A DNA stretch of 64,000 nt from Rhizobiales bacterium Ga0077524. Lineage in GTDB: Bacteria; Pseudomonadota; Alphaproteobacteria; Rhizobiales; Hyphomicrobiaceae. The position numbers were made by a program, and so were the translations under genes. The DNA lies in NCBI GenBank assembly GCA_001464755.1, contig LNDR01000414.1, positions 1,848 through 65,847 of the forward strand. The letters run 5' to 3'. The notes under the pieces are model-generated. The model ran no database searches. It had not been told where the DNA came from and saw only the letters and a program-made list of their open reading frames with translations. Positions 55,199 through 64,000 of the stretch are shown one piece after another; position 1 is the first letter of the stretch; every line of letters starts with the position of its first letter.

Positions 55199-56080
55199 CT
55201 ACTCGATGTTCTGAACTTGCTCGCGGAGTTGATCGATCACGGCCTTCAGGTCGAGCCCAAGCCGCGTCATCTCGATGTCGGTCGACTTCGAACAGACGGT
55301 ATTGGCCTCGCGGTTGAATTCCTGCGCCAGGAAGTCGAGCCGACGGCCGACAGGCGCTGATTCCGCGAGCAACCCGCGTGCCGCCGAGATGTGCGCACCG
55401 AGACGCTTGATCTCCTCCTCGACGTCGGTACGGGTCGCCAGCAGGATCGCCTCCTGGTACAGACGGTCTGGATCGAGGCCAGCACCTGCCCCCACGATCC
55501 GCTGGACTTGCTCGGCAAGGCGCGCACGAACGGCGTCTGGCTGCCGAGCCGGGAGTTCCGCGATCTGGCCGAGGAGGACCTCGATCCGGCGAACCTGCTC
55601 GGCGACCACTGCAGCGAGCTTCCCGCCCTCCGTCTGGCGCGCATCGAGCAAGCCGTCGATCGCAACGATCAGACCAGAGAACAACTCTTTCTGGAGCGCA
55701 TCGCTGTCGGTAGACTGTGTTTCACCGACTTCAAGCACACCGCGAAGCGCCAGCAAACCCTCCGGACGGATTCGATCGAAGTCGTCCCGCTGGGCCAGCT
55801 TCTCGACCGCGGCCAGCACCGTAGCGAGAGCGCGCTCATTGATACGAATCTCACTGTTGCCGGTCGGCGCCTCGAGTGTCAGTGTCGCAGTGACATTGCC
55901 GCGCCCGATCTGGACCCCAATCATCTCACGCACCCGCGCCTCGAGCGCCTCTAGGCCAGGTGGAAGGCGCAAGCGCACCTCAAGTCCACGGCCATTGACG
56001 CTGCGCAGCTCCCAATGGAATCGCGCCCCTGCGGCGGTGCCGTCGGAGCGCGCGAACCCTGTCATGCTGCGTGTTGCCAT
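55199..56080 (-). CDS. YicC-family stress-induced protein
   Basis: N terminus SMTGFAR and C-terminal DUF1732-like EFNREANTVCSK. ATG at 56080. Confidence 0.85.
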   Translation of the reverse strand: MATRSMTGFARSDGTAAGARFHWELRSVNGRGLEVRLRLPPGLEALEARVREMIGVQIGRGNVTATLTLEAPTGNSEIRINERALATVLAAVEKLAQRDDFDRIRPEGLLALRGVLEVGETQSTDSDALQKELFSGLIVAIDGLLDARQTEGGKLAAVVAEQVRRIEVLLGQIAELPARQPDAVRARLAEQVQRIVGAGAGLDPDRLYQEAILLATRTDVEEEIKRLGAHISAARGLLAESAPVGRRLDFLAQEFNREANTVCSKSTDIEMTRLGLDLKAVIDQLREQVQNIE

Positions 56081-56208
56081 TCGGCCCCTGGCTGGTGCAA
56101 ATACCTCATTGTAAGGAACCATGTATCTAAACCGGATGGCGAGCACAATCGCGCCCTCAGCCAATCTCGCGCAAGATCGCGTCCGGCTCCTCGCCTTTGA
56201 CGCGCCGA

Positions 56209-57558
56209 TCACTGCTTGTTGGCAGCATCCTTCGGCTTCTTGCGCGGTGGCGGAGCTTCGCTGCCCGAGGCTTTGCTGGCGTTGAGAAGACCGGGAACCC
56301 GGACCCCTTTTGGCGCTGCTGCTGCTGGTGTCTCAACCTCACCGGCCGCACTGCCGCCGACGGTACCGGATGCCCCGGCCTGCCGCGACTTCTCGATCTT
56401 GCGCCAGTTCTGTACGGCCGCGTTGTGGTCCTTCAGGGTGGATGTAAAGACGTGTCCCCCTGTTCCATCCGCGACGAAAAAGAGATCCTGAGTCGCGGGC
56501 GGATTGAGGGTCGCGGCTAGTGACGCCCGTCCCGGGTTGCAGATCGGACCAGGGGGCAGGCTATCGATCTGATAGGTATTGTATGGCGTCTTACCATCGA
56601 TGTCGGCTCGTGTGATCGGCCGCCCAAGCGGTCCTTGTCCACCCACGATGCCGTAGACGATGGTCGGATCCGACTGCAGCCGCATGCCTTTGCGTAAGCG
56701 ATTGACAAATACTGCTGCGACCCGCCCGCGCTCGTCCTGCCGTCCAGTCTCCTTCTCGACGATCGAGGCCAGCGCCAGCGCCTCCTCGGGTGACTTCAGA
56801 GGCAAGGTCGGATCGCGCGCCTCCCATAGGGCCGACAGAGCCTTGCCCTGCTCGGCGCGCATCTGGTCCAGGATCTCCTGGCGGCTGGCTCCGCGCGAGA
56901 AGCGGTAGGTTTCGGGGAGAAGCGATCCTTCGGGCGGAACCGCGATGATGTCGCCTGCCAACCCGGGCTCCGCCCGGAGGCGGTCCACGATCTGCTGGCT
57001 CGTCAAACCTTCCGGAATGGTGATCTTCTGCAGAATACCACGGCCGCTGACCAGCGTGTCCATCACTTGGCGGACAGTGGCCGCCTTCGAAAACTGGAAC
57101 TCTCCGGCTTTCAGACTCGCCTTCTCCGCCGTGCCACCGGCAGAGCTGTTGTAGAGGCGAGAGACATAATACTGGAGCATGAACACCCGCCGATCGGCGA
57201 TGATGTTGCTCTTCTCGAGCCGCTCGGCAATCTCCAGCGCGCCCTCGCCTTTCGGGATCACCACGGCTGCTGCTTCGCCGAGCGGTCCAGGAGCATCGAA
57301 GTTATGCCGCAGCCAGATGGCAACAGCCGCCACGAAGAGAAAGCTCAGAAACACAAACGAGAGTGAGCCATCGATGAAACGCAGAAACCCGTTCATCCGG
57401 CGCGGCTCGCGCTCCGGCTTGATCCGCTTCGGTGGTTTGGGTGGCCGTGTCGGCACCAGCATCTCCGAAGGGCTCCGCGGCGTTCCGCCCGACGTGCGGG
57501 GCGAGCCCGATGTACGGAGCTCCTCCCGGGCGGATGCTTGTGCCTGCGGTGGCTTCAT
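56209..57558 (-). CDS. mltG: endolytic peptidoglycan transglycosylase MltG (YceG family)
   Basis: Single TM segment (FVFLSFLFVAAVAIW), YceG motifs (ASIVEKET, NTYQIDSLPPGPICNPG), and basic/Pro-rich N- and C-terminal tails. Start uncertain: 57558, or the downstream MNGFLRF. Confidence 0.85.
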   Translation of the reverse strand: MKPPQAQASAREELRTSGSPRTSGGTPRSPSEMLVPTRPPKPPKRIKPEREPRRMNGFLRFIDGSLSFVFLSFLFVAAVAIWLRHNFDAPGPLGEAAAVVIPKGEGALEIAERLEKSNIIADRRVFMLQYYVSRLYNSSAGGTAEKASLKAGEFQFSKAATVRQVMDTLVSGRGILQKITIPEGLTSQQIVDRLRAEPGLAGDIIAVPPEGSLLPETYRFSRGASRQEILDQMRAEQGKALSALWEARDPTLPLKSPEEALALASIVEKETGRQDERGRVAAVFVNRLRKGMRLQSDPTIVYGIVGGQGPLGRPITRADIDGKTPYNTYQIDSLPPGPICNPGRASLAATLNPPATQDLFFVADGTGGHVFTSTLKDHNAAVQNWRKIEKSRQAGASGTVGGSAAGEVETPAAAAPKGVRVPGLLNASKASGSEAPPPRKKPKDAANKQ

Positions 57559-57714
57559 TGCCGCTGACCTGTCCTGTCGCCACACCCGTGCGCGGCCGCA
57601 ACTCTCAGGCCAGTCCACGAGCGACTCGCCAACGATTGGAGACTACGCACAAATGTGGCTGAAGCACGAACGAAAGGCCCGTTACGCCGCAGCGCGCGAC
57701 AATCCGCGCGCAGG

Positions 57715-58980
57715 TCAGGCCGCGAACCGCCTGAGGATCAGCGAGGCGTTCGTGCCGCCGAACCCGAACGAGTTGGAAAGCACGGTATCGATCGGTCGCC
57801 TGAGGGGCTTGTGTCGCACCAGGTCGATGGCCGTCTCGATCGACGGATTGTCGAGATTGAGCGTCGGCGGCGCGACGTTGTCTCGAATCGCGAGCACCGA
57901 GAAAATCGCCTCGACGGCACCGGCCGCTCCAAGCAGGTGGCCGATCGCCGACTTCGTGGACGACATCGCGAGCTTGCTAGCAGAATTTCCGAACAGCCGC
58001 TCGACCGCCCCGAGCTCGATCTCGTCTCCCATTGGCGTGGACGTACCGTGCGCATTGACGTAGTCGATCTCGCTGACATCGATCTCGGCGCGCTTGAGCG
58101 CAGCCCGCATGCAACGATATGCCCCGTCGCCGTTCTCGGCCGGTGCCGTGATGTGATAGGCGTCGCCTGACATGCCGTAGCCGATCACCTCGGCGTAGAT
58201 GCGTGCGCCGCGCGCCTTGGCATGCTCGAGCGTCTCGAGCACCACGACGCCGGCGCCTTCTCCCATGACGAAGCCGTCGCGATCCCGATCATAGGGGCGC
58301 GACCCTTTCGTCGGATTGTCGTTGAAATGCGTGGAGAGAGCCTTGCAGGCGGCAAATCCCGCCATCGCGATTCGGCAGATTGGGCTCTCGGCGCCACCCG
58401 CAACCATCACATCGGCATCGCCCAGAGCGACGAGGCGCGCCGCGTCACCGATCGCGTGGGCACCCGTCGAGCAGGCCGTAACGACGGCGTGGTTGGGTCC
58501 CTTGAGACCGTGCTTGATCGACACATGCCCCGCAGCGAGATTGATCAGCCGCCCCGGAATGAAGAACGGAGACACTCGCCGTGGCCCCTTTTCCTTCAGC
58601 AGCAGAGACGTCTCGGCAATACCGTTGAGGCCGCCGATACCCGAGCCGATGAGGACACCTGTCCGCTCCTGGTCCTCGGCCGTTTTCGGAGCCCAGCCCG
58701 CGTCGGCGAGGGCCTGATCGGCGGCGGCGACGGCATAGACGATGAAATCGTCGACCTTGCGCTGCTCCTTGGGCTCCATCCATTGGTCGGCGTTGAACGT
58801 CCCGTTCGAGCCATCGCCTCGTGGCACGAAGCACGCGATCTGGCACGGGAGGTCGCTGGCTTCGAACTCGGCGATACGGCGGGCACCACTGCGGCTCTCG
58901 AGCAGCGCGGACCAAGTCGCATCCACGCCCGAACCCAAAGGTGTCACCAGACCGAGACCCGTGATGACGACGCGCCGCAT
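57715..58980 (-). CDS. fabF: beta-ketoacyl-ACP synthase II
   Basis: N terminus MRRVVITGLGLVTPLG, active-site Cys context (VVTACSTGAH), HGTSTP and GHLLGAAG. ATG at 58980. Confidence 0.93.
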   Translation of the reverse strand: MRRVVITGLGLVTPLGSGVDATWSALLESRSGARRIAEFEASDLPCQIACFVPRGDGSNGTFNADQWMEPKEQRKVDDFIVYAVAAADQALADAGWAPKTAEDQERTGVLIGSGIGGLNGIAETSLLLKEKGPRRVSPFFIPGRLINLAAGHVSIKHGLKGPNHAVVTACSTGAHAIGDAARLVALGDADVMVAGGAESPICRIAMAGFAACKALSTHFNDNPTKGSRPYDRDRDGFVMGEGAGVVVLETLEHAKARGARIYAEVIGYGMSGDAYHITAPAENGDGAYRCMRAALKRAEIDVSEIDYVNAHGTSTPMGDEIELGAVERLFGNSASKLAMSSTKSAIGHLLGAAGAVEAIFSVLAIRDNVAPPTLNLDNPSIETAIDLVRHKPLRRPIDTVLSNSFGFGGTNASLILRRFAA

Positions 58981-59154
58981 GGTCTCTCCCCTGCGCTTTG
59001 CTGAGCGAGCCTGGCGTCGCGGCGCAAGTTGTATCGCCGCCGACGTGGCTCGTGCCTGCCCGACCAATTCATGCAACGTGCGCCGGGCCGTTTGGTCCCT
59101 GCCGCTCACATCGAAAACCAACGGGCACCGAAACGCAAGCTGCGTCGGATCAGG

Positions 59155-59397
59155 TCAGGCGGCTTTGGCCTGCTTCTCGAGGAACTTCACGGCGTCCCCG
59201 ACGGTCTGGATCTGCTCGGCGGCATCGTCCGGGATCTCGCAGCCGAACTCCTCTTCGAACGCCATCACCAGCTCGACGGTGTCGAGGCTGTCGGCACCCA
59301 GATCCTCGATGAAGCTGGCGGCCTCGGTGACCTTGTCGGCCTCGACGCCCAGATGTTCGATCACGATCTTCTTCACCCGGTCCGCGACGTCGCTCAT
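59155..59397 (-). CDS. acpP: acyl carrier protein
   Basis: 80 aa with the phosphopantetheine site [23 protein letters not shown] at 59397. Confidence 0.95.
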   Translation of the reverse strand: MSDVADRVKKIVIEHLGVEADKVTEAASFIEDLGADSLDTVELVMAFEEEFGCEIPDDAAEQIQTVGDAVKFLEKQAKAA

Positions 59398-59721
59398 TGC
59401 GTAATCCCCTAGAGGTTCTCGTTGTGCCGGTCGGCAGCAGCCGACCAAAAGCTAGACTACGGTGGATCTGTTCGGGACCGGAAGCTGGAGAGCCACCCGG
59501 TTCCTCGGCTTGACTTCATACCCCGCAGCCGCTCGGGCTAAGCCCCTCGTTGCGAGCGCGTTACTTCTTGGCCTTCATCTGGCGCGCCGCACCCTCGGTG
59601 CATTGCGCCAGCCTTCGGACCAAGCCTTTAAACCGGCAACCGCGGGTCGGTAACACACTTCCCAACCATTGAAAAGGCGGGGTTGAACGCCCGTCGACAG
59701 GCGTCCATGTGGCAGCCGGTC

Positions 59722-60468
59722 TCACACCATGACCATGCCGCCGTTGATGTGCAACGTCTGACCGGTCATGTAGCGAGCTTCCGTCGACGCTAGATAGACG
59801 GCGGCGGCTGCGATGTCGTCCGGCACGCCGAAAGTCTGCGCCGGGATGTTCTTTTTGATCTCGGTGGTCAGTTGCTCGTTCAGCACGTCTGTCATCGCCG
59901 TCTGAATGAAGCCCGGCGCGATGCAGTTGGCCGTAATTCCGCGCGGCGCGACCTCACGAGCAAGGCTCTTCGTCATGCCGATCATGCCGGCTTTGGAGGC
60001 AGCATAATTGCCCTGGCCCGGATTGCCGAGAATGCCCGAGACCGACGAGATATTGATGATGCGGCCATAGCCGGTCTTCGAGCGCAGCATGTGCCGGGTC
60101 GCCGCCCGCATCAGCATGAAGGTCGAGGTCAGATTGACGGCGATGACATCGTCCCACTGCTCGTCCTTCATCACCATGAACAGGTTGTCCTTGGTGAGCC
60201 CGGCGTTGTTGACGAGGATATCCAGCCTGCCGCCCAGCGCCTTGACGGCCTCGTCGATCAGCTTACCCACCTGCTCCTTGTTGGCGAGGTCGCAAGGGCA
60301 CACGACAGCCCGCTCGCCGAGTTCGGCCTTGAGGGCTTCGAGCTTATCGGCCTGCCTGCCGGATAGCGCCACCGTGGCACCCTGCCGATGCAGTGCGCGC
60401 GCAATGGCGCCGCCGATGCCACCTGTCGCACCCGTCACGAGGGCCGTCTTGCCGGTAAGAGTGAACAT
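59722..60468 (-). CDS. fabG: 3-oxoacyl-ACP reductase
   Basis: Motifs TGATGGIGGAIA, NNAG and YAASKAG. Position upstream of acpP-fabF. Confidence 0.92.
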   Translation of the reverse strand: MFTLTGKTALVTGATGGIGGAIARALHRQGATVALSGRQADKLEALKAELGERAVVCPCDLANKEQVGKLIDEAVKALGGRLDILVNNAGLTKDNLFMVMKDEQWDDVIAVNLTSTFMLMRAATRHMLRSKTGYGRIINISSVSGILGNPGQGNYAASKAGMIGMTKSLAREVAPRGITANCIAPGFIQTAMTDVLNEQLTTEIKKNIPAQTFGVPDDIAAAAVYLASTEARYMTGQTLHINGGMVMV

Positions 60469-60650
60469 GGGGCCTTGGCCTCCGTTGGAGCCTGCTTTTG
60501 CGGCGCTTGTGGGCGAGGGAGCAGCCGGAAGTCAATAGGCCCGGCCGGCCGCAACGTCGACAGGGGCTCGCTGGACAGCCTATCATGCCCCGGTCAGCAC
60601 CAAGATCAAACACCGCCGGACGCACCTCGGGCGGGCGGGGGCAATGTTCG

Positions 60651-61676
60651 ATGAAAGTTGTCTATTCCGACGGGCACCGGGGCCACGATCCGGAGCGGTT
60701 TCTCCTGCGGGGCATGTTCGTGCCCGGTGAGGAGAAGCCGGAGCGGGCCGACCGTCTCCTGGCCGCTCTGGACGCCAAGCGGCACACGATCGTCACTCCC
60801 GAGGCGCATGGTAACGGCCCGCGGCTGGCCGTTCATTCGCTGGACTACCTGACCTTCCTCGAGCAAGCGTCAAGCGAGTGGCAAAAGCTACCCGGCGCCT
60901 CCCGCGAGGTCGTCGGCAACGTCCATCCCGTAAGGGGTACGGGCACCTATCCGGCATCTCTCGTCGGGCGGGCCGGTTGGCACCTGCAGGACATGGCCTG
61001 CGGTATCGGACCGGGGACTTGGGCGGCAGCCGCCGACGCCACCGATGTCGCAGTGACAGGTGCTGACCTCGTGCTGGCGGGCGAGCCGGCCGTCTATGCT
61101 CTCTGTCGGCCGCCGGGGCATCACGCCTACCGCGACCTCGCCGGCGGTCACTGCTTTCTCAACAACACGGCGATCGCCGCAGAGCGGCTCTGCGCTCAGA
61201 AGAAGCGGGTCGCCATCCTCGACATCGACATCCATCACGGCAACGGCACACAGGCGATCTTCTACCATCGCCCTGACGTCCTGACGGTCTCAGTCCATGC
61301 CGACCCGCATCGCTTCTATCCGTTTTTCTGGGGACACGCGCACGAGCGCGGCGAAGGCGATGGCGAGGGCTTCAACATCAATCTGCTGGTGCCGCTTGGC
61401 GCCGACGACACCACCTGGACCGCTGCCGTCGCCAGCGCGGTGAACTCGGTGGGTGCCTTCACTCCGGACGTTGTCGTCGTGGCGCTGGGCCTCGATGCCT
61501 CGTTTGACGATCCCTTCGGCGGCGCCAAGGTGACGCGCGCCGGATTCAGAAGTGCTGGTGTGATGATCGGACGTCTCCGGATGCCGACGCTGCTCGTACA
61601 GGAGGGCGGCTATCTGTCGGACACGCTCGGTCCTAATCTCGCCGCCTTTATCGACGGGTTCGAAGCCACCGCATGA
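60651..61676 (+). CDS. histone deacetylase-family amidohydrolase (acetylpolyamine/acetoin-utilisation type)
   Basis: Motifs CRPPGHHA and ILDIDIHHGNGTQ, with Zn-ligand Asp/His context. 341 aa from the ATG at 60651. Confidence 0.85.
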   Translation: MKVVYSDGHRGHDPERFLLRGMFVPGEEKPERADRLLAALDAKRHTIVTPEAHGNGPRLAVHSLDYLTFLEQASSEWQKLPGASREVVGNVHPVRGTGTYPASLVGRAGWHLQDMACGIGPGTWAAAADATDVAVTGADLVLAGEPAVYALCRPPGHHAYRDLAGGHCFLNNTAIAAERLCAQKKRVAILDIDIHHGNGTQAIFYHRPDVLTVSVHADPHRFYPFFWGHAHERGEGDGEGFNINLLVPLGADDTTWTAAVASAVNSVGAFTPDVVVVALGLDASFDDPFGGAKVTRAGFRSAGVMIGRLRMPTLLVQEGGYLSDTLGPNLAAFIDGFEATA

Positions 61677-61734
61677 GCCGTCGCAGCCCGGCGCCGGATA
61701 CGGAGCAGGTACTGCAGGCGACCTGCTGAAGCCA

Positions 61735-62823
61735 TCACTCGCTGGCAGCGGATAAGCGATCCGGATTGCGTGCCGCAACGATCGGCCGGACGAGCCGTCC
61801 GAACCGCTCGGCTTCCTCGTCGTGCAGATAGCCCGAAAGGCAGAAAGAGTGGCAGCCTGCCTCGATGAACCGCTGGATGACATCGGCGCATTGATGCGGA
61901 TCGCCGACGATAGCGATTCCGGCTCCTTGGCGCACGCGCGTCAGGCCGGACCAGAGGTTAGGCGCGATGTGGGGTCCTTTCTCGCGGGCAAGATCCTGGA
62001 TACGTCGGTTGGCCTCCGATGTCGCGGTCCGCTGGATGACGCGCTCGCGGTCGTGCTCGCTGGTCATCGCCACCAGAGCCTCCGCAGCAGTCCACGCCGC
62101 GGCCTCGGTCTCACGACAGATGATCTGGAGCCGCATGCCGAAACCGATCTCCTCCTCACGGCCATGCTGCGCGGCAAGTTGGCGAATGGCCGCGATGTTA
62201 TCGGCGATCCGCTCGGGCGTATCACCCCAGAAGAGATGCACGTCGGAGTGGCGGGCTGAGACCTCCCACGCCTGCGCCGAGCCGCCACCGAGATAGAACC
62301 GCGGGTGCGGCTGCTGCAGCGAGCGGGGCCGGATCTGCACCCCCTTGAGGCGATGAAATCGGCCCCCGAAGTCGATCGGAGCCTCGGCGACCCACAGCGC
62401 CTTCAGAATGCGGACCTCTTCCTCCATAAGGTCATACCGCTCCGCCTTGCCGAGCGTGACCCCCTCGGCTTCCACATCGGCCTCGTTCTGGCCGGCGATC
62501 AGGTTGACGGCGATACGGCCCTTGGAAAGATGATCGAGCGTCGAGATCATTTTTGCGAGCATCACCGGATTGATGTAGCCAGGCCGCGCCGCGATCAGCG
62601 GTCGTATGCGGCCATGCCGCGCGGCCATGTAAGCCCCGGCCATGTAGGCCTCCCAGCAGGCGACGCCCACCGGTATGAGCAGGTACTCGAACCCCGCGCG
62701 CTCCGCCTGATCGACGACCGCCTCGAACAGCTCCAGCGACGGCGCGACGTCGGAAGTCGGGTCGTTGAAGCGGACGGTATCGCCGTGCGTGGGCAGATAC
62801 CAACCGAGTTCGAGGGGCCGCAT
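61735..62823 (-). CDS. LLM-class (luciferase-like) flavin-dependent monooxygenase, SsuD-like
   Basis: 362 aa from the ATG at 62823 (MRPLELGWYLPTHGD). LLM-type TIM-barrel segments (GRIAVNLIAG, FYLGGGS). The longer ORF-track form is an extension. Confidence 0.85.
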   Translation of the reverse strand: MRPLELGWYLPTHGDTVRFNDPTSDVAPSLELFEAVVDQAERAGFEYLLIPVGVACWEAYMAGAYMAARHGRIRPLIAARPGYINPVMLAKMISTLDHLSKGRIAVNLIAGQNEADVEAEGVTLGKAERYDLMEEEVRILKALWVAEAPIDFGGRFHRLKGVQIRPRSLQQPHPRFYLGGGSAQAWEVSARHSDVHLFWGDTPERIADNIAAIRQLAAQHGREEEIGFGMRLQIICRETEAAAWTAAEALVAMTSEHDRERVIQRTATSEANRRIQDLAREKGPHIAPNLWSGLTRVRQGAGIAIVGDPHQCADVIQRFIEAGCHSFCLSGYLHDEEAERFGRLVRPIVAARNPDRLSAASE

Positions 62824-63003
62824 GCGCGTCTCCGAAGGATCGAATTTTCCGGCGTATGATGGCTCAGCGAACGTCACTTTTCCAGCCGAGCGCGAAACAG
62901 GGAATGGGGCTATCTTTCGGCCGTGCCGAGACCGTTCCCCATTGACTTCATGCGGCTGAAACCGGTTGATGAGACGCCCCGATCGGCTGAGGAGATTGCT
63001 CAA

Positions 63004-64000
63004 ATGACAAAAAATACAACACCCGGCTTTGCGACCCGCTCGATTCACGCAGGTGCCGCCCCCGATCCCGCAACCGGTGCGCGGACGACGCCCATCTATC
63101 AAACCACCTCGTTCGTCTTCAACGACGCCGAACATGCTGCGTCGCTGTTCGGCCTGCAGTCGTTCGGCAACATCTACACCCGGATCGGCAACCCGACGCA
63201 AAGCGTGCTCGAGGGCCGCATCGCATCGCTGGAAGGCGGCACGGCGGCACTCGCGGTCGCGTCCGGTCACGCGGCCCAGGCTCTGGTCTTCCACACCCTG
63301 CTCGAGCCCGGTGACGACTTCGTCGCCGGACGCCAGCTCTACGGCGGCTCGATCAACCAGTTCAATCACGCCTTCAAGAAGTTCGGCTGGAACGTGGTGT
63401 GGGCGGACTCGACCGACCCGGCCTCGTTCGCCAAGGCGATCACGCCGAAGACCAAGGCGATCATGATCGAATCCATCGCCAACCCTGGCGGCGTCGTGGT
63501 CGACATCGCAGCCATTTCGGCGATTGCCAAGAAAGCCGGCGTGCCACTGATCGTCGACAACACGCTGGCCTCACCTTACCTGTGCCGCCCGAAGGAGCAT
63601 GGCGCCGACATCATCGTCCACTCGCTGACCAAGTTCATGGGCGGACACGGCAACTCGATCGGCGGCGTCATCGTCGATTGCGGCACCTTCGATTGGTCGA
63701 AATCGGGCGGCAAATACCCGACGATGACCGCGCCGAACGCCAGCTACAACGGCATGGTCCTGGCCGAGACCTTCGGCGACTTCGCCTTCGCCATCGCCTG
63801 CCGCGTCATGGGTCTTCGCGACCTCGGCCCGGCAATCTCACCCTTCAACGCCTTCTTGATCCTGACCGGCATCGAAACGCTGCCGCTACGCATGGAGAAG
63901 CACTGCACTAATGCGCTCGCCGTCGCACGCCACCTCGAGAAGCACCCGGGCGTGGCGTGGGTCAACTATGCGGGTCTCGAGTCGAACAAGTACTACGCGG
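63004..64000 (+). CDS. metY: O-acetylhomoserine aminocarboxypropyltransferase (sulfhydrylase), 5' part, runs off the right edge
   Basis: My own translation from the ATG at 63004 gives MTKNTTPGFATRSIHAGAAPDPATGARTTPIYQTTSFVF...YTRIGNPTQ...HSLTKFMGGHGNSIGG, which includes the PLP-lysine motif. It is absent from the ORF track because there is no stop codon inside the window. Confidence 0.9.
   Translation, partial: MTKNTTPGFATRSIHAGAAPDPATGARTTPIYQTTSFVFNDAEHAASLFGLQSFGNIYTRIGNPTQSVLEGRIASLEGGTAALAVASGHAAQALVFHTLLEPGDDFVAGRQLYGGSINQFNHAFKKFGWNVVWADSTDPASFAKAITPKTKAIMIESIANPGGVVVDIAAISAIAKKAGVPLIVDNTLASPYLCRPKEHGADIIVHSLTKFMGGHGNSIGGVIVDCGTFDWSKSGGKYPTMTAPNASYNGMVLAETFGDFAFAIACRVMGLRDLGPAISPFNAFLILTGIETLPLRMEKHCTNALAVARHLEKHPGVAWVNYAGLESNKYYA

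Noticed and set aside
62824-63003. A possible SAM-II (metA-type) riboswitch upstream of metY.
   Set aside because: I could not find the conserved GGCUU...AAAGCU pseudoknot elements near the RBS. Only a generic hairpin is present. An Infernal scan would be decisive.
1-64000. Looked for CRISPR arrays, IS elements or transposases, integrases, prophage genes, toxin-antitoxin pairs, rRNA/tRNA genes, and known defence-system signatures.
   Set aside because: None found by eye. There are no regularly spaced repeats and no DDE, tyrosine-recombinase or serine-recombinase-like ORFs. Apart from 44056-44135 there is no marked compositional island, and the window reads as core chromosome.

Overview
High-GC chromosomal segment (by eye about mid-60s % GC, not computed). 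Gene order points to an alphaproteobacterium of the Hyphomicrobiales/Rhizobiales type. I call 47 protein-coding genes (two cut by the window edges), one of them a disrupted methyltransferase. I found no rRNA, tRNA, CRISPR array, transposase or integrase. Nearly everything is core housekeeping in well-known syntenic blocks: sdhE-mfd divergent from recG; proC; ispDF divergent from dusB-ntrBC-ntrYX-hfq-hflX; mazG; pepA divergent from lptFG-lptD-surA-pdxA-rsmA; and gmk-yicC-mltG-fabF-acpP-fabG on the minus strand. The less ordinary parts are: (1) an alpha-2-macroglobulin/PBP1C pair with an intact CAEQ thioester motif; (2) an Lrp-type regulator divergent from a threonine dehydratase whose stop overlaps (TGATG) the start of an AceE-like ThDP E1 protein; (3) an uncharacterised 8-TM protein with a Cys-rich loop, 18 nt upstream of corA; (4) an AT-rich, promoter-like island where holC usually follows pepA; (5) several small regulatory candidates (an SD-sequestering hairpin, direct repeats, palindromes, a purine-rich hfq leader). 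I do not see a convincing novel multi-gene system. All findings are modest and come from motif recognition by eye, with no database searches.
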